Part shown: positions 29,853 to 39,785 of the stretch, one piece after another
How positions within the stretch are numbered: position 1 is the stretch's first letter
How the letters are laid out: each line of letters opens with the position of its first letter
NCBI RefSeq assembly: GCF_009914755.1
Contig: NC_060934.1
DNA: 64,000 bases
Strand: one strand, 5' to 3'
Origin: the human T2T-CHM13v2.0 reference genome, Homo sapiens
The notes under the pieces: model-generated
Told to the model about the DNA's origin: nothing
What the model saw: the letters and a program-made list of their open reading frames with translations, nothing else
Database searches by the model: none
Position numbers and translations under genes: made by a program

Positions 29853-30229
29853 TGTATCAGCCCTTTCTCACACTGCTATGAAGAAATACCTGAGACTGGG
29901 TAATTTATAAAGAAAAGAGGTTTAATTGACTCACAGTTCCGCATGGCTGGGGAGGCCTCAGGAAACTTACAATCATGGCGGAAGGCAAAGGAGTGGCAAG
30001 CACCTTCTTCACACGGCAGCAGGAAGGAGTGAGTACAAGCAGGGGAAATGACAAATGCTTATCAAACCATCAGATCTCATGAGACTAGCTCACTCTTACA
30101 AGAACAGCAATGGGGAAACCCCCCCATGATCCAATTACCTCCACCTGGTCCTGCCCTTGACATGTGGGGATTATGGGGATTGCAGTTCAAGGTGAGATTT
30201 GGGTGGGGACACAGAGTAAAACTGTATCA
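29853..30229 (-). mobile_element. THE1D-like solo LTR
   Basis: TG..CA termini, THE1 body (GAGACTGGGTAATTTATAAAGAAAAGAGGTTTAATTGACTCACAG), 5-bp TSD AGATA on both sides. Confidence 0.93.
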
Positions 30230-30234
30230 AGATA

Positions 30235-30257
30235 CATATATACATTCATATATATTA

Positions 30258-30288
<31 letters not shown>

Positions 30289-30310
30289 GTGTGTGTGTGT
30301 GTGTGTGTGT
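30235..30310. repeat. (TA)n(TG)n simple repeat
   Basis: Directly visible. Confidence 0.9.
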
Positions 30311-30974
30311 ATTCTCTATCTACCTATCATTTAAAAAATCAAGCTAGGAAAAATATTCTTCCGAGTCAACCCTAAGATGCTTGTTCTCTGCAGCTCTGGG
30401 TAATGATGACGCTGCCCAGAGATGAGAATGCATCCAGGAAAACAGGAAGAGGCCAAGGTGAATCTCAGAGAAACTAAGCACATAAATCTCAGGACATATT
30501 ACAACACTGAAAGGAATTATATTCCAAAAATAAGGTTATTGATCTAAAATTATTTGTATTAGTTTTCAAATTTACATGATGAAAATGTATAATATTTTAA
30601 AACAGAAAAAAAAGTCAATGAGAGAAATTCAGGCAGAGGAAAACTTACCAAAAAATGCAAAACACAAACTAAAACCCAGTAAGAATGTTCTTAGTCACCC
30701 ACGAGCTTCTGGCCATACATCATGAGGAACAGACAACAATTTTATGTTAAAATCAAATCTTTTTAATACCATAGTCAATATTGTCAGATCAATTTGGTGG
30801 TATCAGTAAAACAATTACAATAACAAAATTGAAGGTCTCTTGGGCACTCTAAACATCAATCAAATATGATGACTTCTCTTTAAATCACCATTCAATAGCC
30901 TTTTAAGTATATTGATTTGAAGCATTTTATCAATGCTATTAGCATCAGTGGTAGTAACGATCATTGATTATGTA

Positions 30975-31170
30975 CGTAACATTTGCTACCATAAACACTA
31001 AAGTTTTTCTATTTATTATCTCTAATTCATACAAGAATGTTCAAGATGAGAAATGTTTTTCTTATTTTAAATATTTAAAAAATAAGGCTCAGATTAATTA
31101 AGTAACTTGGTTAAAGGCACGCAGTAAATGTTGGATTTGTATTGTGAATGCAGGTTAACCTGTTCCAATG
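30975..31170 (-). mobile_element. MIR relic
   Basis: AAGGCTCAGA..TTAAGTAACTTG..AAGGCACGCAGTAA. Confidence 0.55.
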
Positions 31171-31491
31171 AAATAAATTTTTTTCCTATTTAGGAGCTCT
31201 TTTACAAACATAGTTAACTGATTCTTGGAAGAAAATCTCTGAGAATAGTTTAAATATGTATGAACCTTAATTAGTACATAGTACCTAGTAGTACCATTGG
31301 GAAAGTAAGGGTTTCTTTTTTACATAACAGGACAAGAAAATTATTGTCATAGAAAAAAACCAAGCACTGGGTTTTATAACTTATCTATGTAATTCTTCCT
31401 CTTTTTCTGCCTGCTTTGTGAAGAAAATGACATAAGCAAATGTGCTCACACACACATAAGCACAGCTTTTTCCAAGATAGAGATTCTGTCC

Positions 31492-31571
31492 TCTTGTTCT
31501 AATTTGGAATATTATAAAAATTAAACCAGAACCTTTGTTCTAATTTGGGATATTACAACAATTAAACCAGA
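31492..31571. repeat. About 41-bp tandem duplication
   Basis: TTGTTCTAATTTGG.ATATTA.AA.AATTAAACCAGA twice. Confidence 0.88.
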
Positions 31572-31934
31572 GAAACATAGCTGAACATAAAACTGAAACA
31601 GAAGTGAAGATCACGCTGTCTGTTACATAAACTTCACTTTCAATCCCAGATCAATGCATTGAGAGAGAGAGTCAAATATTTATCTCAGAAAAATGCCAGA
31701 GGAGGAAAGGAAGGAGCTGGAAGGGTGATGTCCACACATCTTGCCATGGCACCTCTGCCTGTTAGAAGACCTTTGGGTTTCACCATTTTTTTCTTTTCAT
31801 CCTAGCTCATTCTCTTCAGCACAAATGGTTGGGTCATACAAAGAAGCTACACAAGTAAGAAGGGACATGAGGGAGTTCCTTGATTATTCATGTCTCTCAG
31901 AACATTATTAGTTGCCTTTTATATGCAGACAAAG

Positions 31935-32277
31935 TAGTAGGTGTGGTGCAGGTGTATTGAGGAGGAGTGGGGGTTGTAGGTGTGGAGGTGGCTGGTGTGG
32001 TACAGGTGTACTGAAGAGCTGTGGTGGTAGCAGGTGTGGAGGTGGTAGATGTGGTACAGGTGTTTTGAGGAGGCGTGGAGGTGGCAGGTGTGGTGCAGGT
32101 GTTTTGAGGAGGTGTGGAGGTGGCAGGTGTACAGGTGTATTGAAGAGCTGTGGTGGTAGCAGATATGGAGGTGGCATCTGTAGTGCAGGTGTTTTGAGTT
32201 GGCTTGGAGGTGGCAGGTGTGGTGCAGGTATTTTAAGGAGGTGTGCAGGTGGCAGGTGTGGTGCAGGTGTGGTGGTT
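31935..32277. repeat. G-rich degenerate minisatellite
   Basis: Recurring GGTGTGGAGGTGGCAGGTGTGGTGCAGGTGTTTTGAGGA-like units. Confidence 0.9.
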
Positions 32278-32389
32278 AGCCCAAACATCTTGTAGCATTA
32301 AAAAATCGATGAGGTAATGAATATACACACACTGTGAGCAGGGCATGACACGGGGGCACAGCCAAACCTCTTGACTCAGACAATGAATT

Positions 32390-34255
32390 TTGATTAAAAG
32401 ACACAAATTGTCAAAGTGAATTTAAAAAAGGACCAAATGATATGCTATCTAAAAGACTTCCACTGGAATATAAAGAATTACATCAGTTAACAGTAAAGTG
32501 ATAAAGATATACCATCGTAACCCTAATCAAAAGAAAGCTGGAGGAACTATGTTAATTTCACACAGAGCCAACTTCAGAGCAAGGAAAATGAACATGGATA
32601 AAGCACAGCACTACATAATAATAAAGGGGTCAACTTTTCAAAAAGACATAAAAATCCTTAAATTGTAGGCACCTAAGCACAGAGCACCAAAATGCATGAG
32701 GCAAAATCTCAAAGAACTACAACAAGAAATAGATGGATCCACTACAATAGCTGGAGACTGCGGCAGTCCTCTATCAGAGATGGACAGAGCCCACAGGCAG
32801 GAATTCAGGAAAGACACAGATGAGAACTCAGCAGCACCATCAAGTAATGGGACATTATGGTGACTTCATCCAACCACAGCAGAATACACACTCTTCTCAG
32901 GACCACCTGGAATATTCACCAAGATAAGCCATATTCTGGGACATAAAACAAACAATTTAAAAAACTCATGTAAGATGTATTTTCAGACCAGAATGGAATT
33001 AAAGTAGAAGTCAATAACAGTGAGATAACTGGAAAATTCCTAAATATTTAGAAACTAAACAGAATAACTCCTATGGGTCAAAGCAGAAGTCTCAAGATAA
33101 ATTAAAATATATGTGATCTAAATTATTAAAGAAAAACTTACATAAATGTGTGGCAGTGATCAGAAGAAAATGTTTAGTATGAAATGTATGCATTAGAAAA
33201 TAATAAAGATCTAAAATCAATAACCTAAGCTTCAACCTTAGGGAACTAAGGAAAGAAGACCAATTTAAAGCTAAGGTACTTGGAAGAAAAAGTAACAAAA
33301 ATTAGAACAGAAGCCAATAAAATTGAAAGTAGAAAAACAATACAGAAAATCAAAGAAAACAAAAGCTGGAAGGCCAGGCATGGTGACTCGAACCTGCAAC
33401 CCCTGTGCTTTGGGAGGCCGAGACAGGGGATCACTAGAGGTCAAGAGTTTGAGGCATCATTGAGCTGTGATCTTGACACTGCACTCCAGCCTGGGTGAAA
33501 GAACGAGATCCTGTCTCAGAAAAAAAAAAAAAACAAAAAACAAAAAACTGGTTGTTTGAAAAGATCATTAAAATCAATAAACCTCTACCTAGACTCACGA
33601 GAAAAGAGGGAGAATTATCAATGGTAAATTACCAACGTCAAAAATGAAAATGGGGCCATCACTACTGATCTCATGGCCCTTAAAAGGAAAATAAAGGTAG
33701 ACCACAAACAATTTTCTGCCTGCAATTTTGATAACTTACATAAAATAGGCCAATTCCTTGAACGACAATCAACCAAAACTCACCCAAGGAGAAACAGACA
33801 ATGTGAATAGACCAATATATATTAATGAATTGAATTAATAATTAATAATCTTCCAAAAAAGAAAACACCAGGCCCAGATGGTTTTACTGGTGAATTCTAC
33901 CAAAGATTTAATATAGAAATAATTCCAGTACTGAACAATTTCTTCCAGAAATTTGGGAAAACAGAAGGAACACGTTCTAACTTATTCTATGAGGCAAGCA
34001 TTATCCTGATGTCAAAATCAGTTACACAGTGCAAGAAAAGCTAAATCCACACCGGCATCACTCTTGACCATAGATGCAAATAATCAGAAATATATTAGCA
34101 AAATGAACCCAACAATGCATAAAAATAATTAGAAACCTTAAAAAAGTAGCATTTACTAGCCATGTGAGCCTAGTTTAAAATTTGAAAATAGTCAGTGTAA
34201 TCCATCACATCACGCAGCTAAAGAGGAAAAATCATTTTTCTCAGTTGCAAAAAGA
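32390..34255 (+). mobile_element. Old L1M ORF2 fragment (endonuclease to start of RT), degenerate
   Basis: AATCAAAAGAAAGCTGGAG, ATTCACCAAGATA, CACCAGGCCCAGATGGTTTTACTGGTGAATTCTACCAAA, TTCTATGAGGC. Confidence 0.88.
33372..33546 (+). mobile_element. Monomeric Alu (FRAM/FAM-like or collapsed AluJ)
   Basis: About 150-bp monomer plus A tail; flanks AAAACAAAAGCTGG / AAAACAAAAAACTGG. Confidence 0.85.
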
Positions 34256-35689
34256 GATACACCTAAAAACCTTTGTGACTATTGAAGTGGCATTTCAAAT
34301 GATTCTGAGTTTCTGGGTTGCTGAAACAAAGAGACATGAACACATCTGATTTGCTATGTGATAGACTTATGATAGAAAGAAGAACGAGGATGAATTTTTT
34401 GTCTTCATAATATGTTATAATTAGAAATGATTTAAAATATAAATTTTGTAACATCGATCCAAGTTGAATTTTTATTTCCTTTTTTAGCTAAATCATATTA
34501 TATTTGATAAGAAATAGAACCCCTTAATAGAAGGAGAAACTATAGATGCAGCCTATTATCTAATAATCAAGAAAGACTCAATGATATTAAATCAGCATCA
34601 TTGCTTTTAAGCTTGAATTAGCTTTTATTTTACAAATGTATGTAAAGAAGAATATGCAGCCGTAACATTAATTATTACAGATAGTAAGTGGGGCCTTCAT
34701 GCTTAGAAAATCTTTACTTTCATCCTATGGAAAATGGAAGCCTTTCTGGGACAATATTTTCCTCTTTGTTTCAGTCACTAGAAAACCCAGAGTCCATCCT
34801 AAAATTCAACTTTAATAGTCATGGAAAACCTCATGATGTATTTTAATGAACCAACTTCTCCTTATGTTAATTTTACTATTATATTGATTTTTCAGGCAGT
34901 CTTGAATGAAGGTTTCCTTACTGTTCTAACAAGTGTTGAAATAATTTTTTTCTTTAACAGAACTCAAAGAAAAAATACTATCATCAAAATAATAACTCAA
35001 AAACAAATGCCATTTAACAGTCATAGTGACATTAATTCTATGGATGAAGCATGAGATTAGAAGTTACATCATTTATTTTCTCTTACACTGCAATGTGATT
35101 TCTGCTAACATTAATTGTTACAACATTTTTTTCTCTTCAAACCTTTTGTTGTTCCTCCTCCTCCTCATCTCTCGCCTTGGTTTTCTGCTTCTGCGTCGAA
35201 GAGGCCATGTCCTTCTCCATCGTATGACAAACAATGTTTCCTGAAATAATACTCTGGCTGGTGTCACAGGGCTTTGTCACAGGTGTCTTCCCTCCCATAT
35301 GCTTTCTGAAAGAGTAATTTTTTTTATTTATTCAACTTAAGTTCGTTAATATTTAGTTTTCCAGAGAGGAGAAAGCAAAGTTCTCTTGTCTCTGCACCAT
35401 GTCTACAAGTCTAGAGGTAGAATCCCTCCCTAAGACAGGCCACATCAGATGGCCACTGCTCTGCTGGTTAAAACGATGCACTTCTGGCTCCCCTACTTTT
35501 ATTTTTGATGGTTCCCATCATGTAATCTATTTACCATGCAGAATCAGAGCACATCTTTTAAGAATACATTAAACAGCAACATTCCCATACCTGAAACCTT
35601 TCCATTCTAGCTGCCTGAGACTCCATCCTTGTCAGTCTCTCTAAATTTATCTTCGATCCTGCACTCTTTGTTCAGGAAACTCCACACAC

Positions 35690-35800
35690 ACTGCCTACCT
35701 CCTCCTCTCTTCCTCCTCCTCCTCCCATCTTCCTCCTCCTCCTCCCATCCCCCTCCTTCTTTCCATTGTCCCTGCCCCTGCCTCCTTCCTTATCCTGCTT
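35690..35800. repeat. (CCT)n-rich pyrimidine tract
   Basis: Directly visible. Confidence 0.85.
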
Positions 35801-35810
35801 CTTGTATTCT

Positions 35811-36148
35811 GGTAAGAACACTAAACTTGAAGTCTGCCCTATTAACGGATCTTTAAGTGTACAGTATTATTAGCTGCGGGCATGGTGCACAGCAGATCTC
35901 TAGAACTTACACATCTTCTATTCCTAAAACTTTATACCTTTGAATAGAAATGCCTCAGTCCACCTCCCCTCAGTCACTGCCAAGCACCGTGCTACTCTCT
36001 GAATCTAACTTCTTTAGAAACCTCATATAAGTGAGATTATGCAGTATTTATCTTTCTATGTCTTGCTGAGTCACATCTTGCAGGTTCATCCATGTTGTCC
36101 CACATGGCAGGATTCCCTTCTTTTTTAAAGCTGAATAATATTCCATTG

Positions 36149-36205
<57 letters not shown>

Positions 36206-36505
36206 TTTTCTTCATCCATCAATGGACACTTAAGTTGTTTCCGTATCTTGGCTATTATGGATTATGCTGCAATAAATAAAGAAGAACACATATTTCTTCA
36301 AGATCCTGACTTCAGTTCTTCTGGATACACTCCCAGAAATGAAGTGAGATTGCTGAATCGTATAATAGTTCTATTTTTAATTTTTTGAGGCACTGCCTTA
36401 CTGTTTTTCACAGTGGCTGAGTCATTTTGTGCACAACATTCCGATTTTTCTGCATCCTCCTCATCGACATTTGTTATCTTTTGTTTTCTGATGATAGCCA
36501 TTATT
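35811..36505 (-). mobile_element. L1MA/MB-type 3' end containing a (CA)n run
   Basis: GGTAAGAACAC, CAGCAGATCTCTAGAACTTA, CCTCATATAAGTGAGATTATGCAGTATTT, TTTTAAAGCTGAATAATATTCCATTG. Confidence 0.9.
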
Positions 36506-36928
36506 CCTAGAAAAAAGTAGGAGAAAAGTGTCATGACATTGGTCTTGACAATTTCTTGAATATGATATCAAAAGCACAGGCAACAAAAGCAAATGCAAAA
36601 GCAAAGTAAAACTACATCAAACTACTAAGTTTCTGCACAGCAGAGAAAACAATTCATAGAGTGAAAAGCTAACCTACAAAATGGCAGAAAATATTTGCAA
36701 ACCATACAGCTGATAAGGGGTCAATGTCCAAACACATGAGGATCTCCTAAAACTCAATAGCAGAATCATCATCATCATCATTATCATCATCATCATCTTA
36801 CTTGAAAATGGGCAAATGGCCTGAACAGACATTTCTCCAAAGAAGACATACACATGTCCAGCAGGTATAAGAAAAGCTGCACAACATCACTCATCATCAG
36901 GGAAATGCAAATCACAGCCGCAATCAGG
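36505..36928 (+). mobile_element. Inverted L1 ORF2 segment of the same element
   Basis: AAAGCACAGGCAACAAAAGCAAA, AACAGACATTTCTCCAAAGAAGACATAC, CATCAGGGAAATGCAAATCA. Confidence 0.88.
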
Positions 36929-37129
36929 ACACCCCCACAGCTTCTCAAACACAGCAGGGCTCCTCCCTCTCAGTGGCACCAGTGCTTGGTCTCCTCTGAG
37001 AGGCCCCCTTACCCCAGGCCCATCCTCCCCACCCCCCACGGCCCACCAGTTCTTTCTCTTCCTGTAAGTCTCTGTTTAGCTTTCATGTCCTGGCTTTTCC
37101 TAACCTCTTAGTCTATGGTTTTATTTTTA

Positions 37130-37320
37130 CCCCTGATTTTATTCCTTCGTAACACTCATTTAAAAAATACATTTTTAAATTGATTTTCCTCATATCACAC
37201 TAATCTTCCACTGGACTATAAGACCTCTGAGAACAGAGACTGTGTCTCTCCTGTTCACATTGTGTCCACAGCCCTGACACTCTTTCTCATACACAGCAGG
37301 CACTAAATATATGTTTTTTA
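37130..37320 (+). mobile_element. L2 3' end
   Basis: CCACTGGACTATAAG..TGAGAACAGAGACTGTGTCT..TGTTCAC..CAGCAGGCACTAAATATATG. Confidence 0.7.
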
Positions 37321-38083
37321 AGACTAATGTAGCCCAAAATTTTGTAGCCCACATGAGAGAATGGGAGATTGGAATTGCTCTCTTCTGCTTCGTTATTTCA
37401 AGAGTCACATGATTTAATCATGATTCACTGCAGGCACACATTAAGTCACCTAAGCAGTTTGTGATCGAGAGCAAAGATTTTGGAAACTGGTTTCCTGGGC
37501 ACGTAAAAGTTCTCAGAGTACCTTAGGAACTGCTGCAGAGAAGGGTGGAACATGGTGAGGAGGTGTCGGCCGCAGGACTCTGAGCCCAATCTCTGCTTTT
37601 AACCAATCAGTGTCAGATGTTGTGACCTTACATCTCCAGCTTCTACTTGAGTTTTCATGTGGAAGAGGAAGAGGAGGAAGAAGAAGAAGAAGAAGGGGGG
37701 GGGAGGAGAAGAAATGTGCTGCTACCAAAAAAAGTCCTTACAAATTCAAATCTAAACAAATTGAAGTTGATGATTAAGGATGTTTTCATCACTTCATGTG
37801 CGTGTTCATGAAGTGAGACGCAGCTCTGGGTAATTCAGTTTTAACTAGAATATTAAATACGTTAATAATTAAGATTTGGGGCATGAGTTAAACTATGCTG
37901 TATGCTTTTCAGCTTAACCTACATGTGCAGATAGATGCGTACCAGCTATGGCAGAGCTTAAACACTTGTTGGATGTAGTGCAGCTCATCACAGATCACAC
38001 TCTAGGGCTGAAAGCAAATTAGTGGCGCCCACTCTTAGATCTCTTGTCCGGCGCTTGGATCGTGGTGGTTGCCAGGGGCAGAG

Positions 38084-38097
38084 GTTTCCTTAGCAAC
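38084..38097. promoter_or_regulatory. Candidate RFX X-box
   Basis: GTTTCCTTAGCAAC fits the quasi-palindromic RFX consensus; extra half-site GTTGCC at 38068; motif match only. Confidence 0.45.
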
Positions 38098-38139
38098 GGT
38101 GGGGCCTGGGAGGACCTCGCTCATTCTGTCAGCTTTGAA

Positions 38140-38308
38140 GAGCTTAATATCCAGTTACCTAATATCCAAACATACAAGGGTCTCCTAAAACTCAATAGCA
38201 ACATAATAATGATAATAATAGTAAACTGGAGTGGAAAACAGGCAAAGGGCTTGAATAGACATTTCTCTAAAGAAGACATATACATGGCCACCAGGTATAG
38301 GAAGATGT
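38140..38308 (+). mobile_element. Short L1M ORF2 fragment
   Basis: CTCCTAAAACTCAATAGCAA..TTGAATAGACATTTCTCTAAAGAAGACATA. Confidence 0.8.
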
Positions 38309-39068
38309 ACCCTGATGTATTGTATGCACTGTTGGCAGAAGTGTTTTATCTACCTGCCGGTCATGTGGGAATGATCTGATAATTCTACCAGAAAAGAAAA
38401 TACAAATGACCTTTAAAATACCAAGGTTGCTGAAAGAATCAGCAAGATATAATTTCTCATTAAAATCACCCTCATCGCACCATCATGCCATCACTTGACT
38501 TAGAAGTGGCTTCTAGCAGTTCACGTAAACAGAGAACTTGGTTCTCCTAGGCCATGGGGGCTGTTGTCCCTAGACAAAATGATCAGGTTCTGGATCATAA
38601 GTTCACCTCCACTAAACCACTTGAATAGGCCTGAGATAATTCTTACATTCAGGGTTTAATGCTGCCCAATGTCTGAGAATGTAAGGGCTCATCAAAGAAG
38701 GCACAGGGCTGAGATCAGGGAAAATATATGACTGTCTTGGTCATCAACTATACCTTCCTAAAGTTCGAATAGTGTCTTCAGAAACTCTTTAGTGCCATTG
38801 GTAAAGTCTATTCATGTACGGTCAATTGAATAATTGCATCTTAAGTAGTGCACCGTCAAAAAAATCCATATAGAAAATTTATTTTGAGGAAGATCAATGA
38901 TGACTGCTTATTGTAAGTGTTTCAAAGTTATCAGAAAAGCAGAATTCATTTCAACAGAGGACAAAGCTGCAAGTGAGGCTCTGAGAAGTTTCCAGAAGAA
39001 TGATCTGCAGAATAGAATGGACTGCATGACTGTGTCCCAGGACAGAGCCGTGGACGATGCATGAAACA

Positions 39069-39089
39069 TTCAGCACCACGGAGGGAAGA
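39069..39089 (+). promoter_or_regulatory. Candidate RE1/NRSE (REST) site
   Basis: TTCAGCACCACGGA matches the first 14 nt of consensus TTCAGCACCACGGACAGCGCC; 3' part diverges; motif match only. Confidence 0.4.
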
Positions 39090-39574
39090 TGAGTATGGAA
39101 ATCAGGAGACAGTCTCACAATGGAAACGAATGATGTGAGCCTGCTAACGTTGATTGAGAAATTCCATTGATTGGGCGAGACAAGGACGGATGCCTGAATA
39201 AAGGAGCTGGCATAATCGGAGGAGCAGAATGTACTAGGAAGGTATTAGAAAAGAAATCTCCAGCTCTGTCAGAAAACGTGCTAAGTCATTCTCTCTCCAT
39301 GGCCCTTTCATCAAATCAGCAGATAGCAAAGAGGTAATGAAGCCAGAAAACATCAAAAGCCGCCTGAAGGAATTGGTGGTGAGTGTCAGGAAGCCGCTAG
39401 AGACACCAAGAATGCTCCCCAAGATTTTACATCTGGAATTAAGTCATTAGTTATTTAACTATGTCAAAGGGGCTGAAGGAAAAATCTTTGCTTAAGTATA
39501 ATAATAATAGAAAAGTAAAGAACAATTCTCTAGTTATTATTAATATTTGATTAGGGAAAAAAATCCCTGGGCTG

Positions 39575-39670
39575 GAAATCAGTAGTCCAAGATCAGCCAC
39601 TAATTACCTGTCTGGCCTTGAGTAAAATACTTAATATTTCTTGGCATCAGCTTTCCCCTGTATAAAAGGT
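39575..39670 (+). mobile_element. MIR relic
   Basis: CAGCCACTAATTACCTGT.TGGCCTTGAGTAAA.TACTTAA..CAG.TTTCCCCTGTATAAAA. Confidence 0.6.
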
Positions 39671-39785
39671 GTCTGGCAATTTTCAACCTGACCTCTAGGG
39701 AACTGCCTGGGATGCCCAAGCGCAGGGGAAACTGGAGGCAGAATTAGCACTAAAGGGGGATGCAGAACCCCACCTGTACTCCCCA

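Noticed and set aside
31908-32295. Gly/Cys/Arg-rich ORF resembling keratin-associated protein and antisense Pro-rich ORF
   Set aside because: Translation of a G-rich minisatellite; compositional resemblance only.
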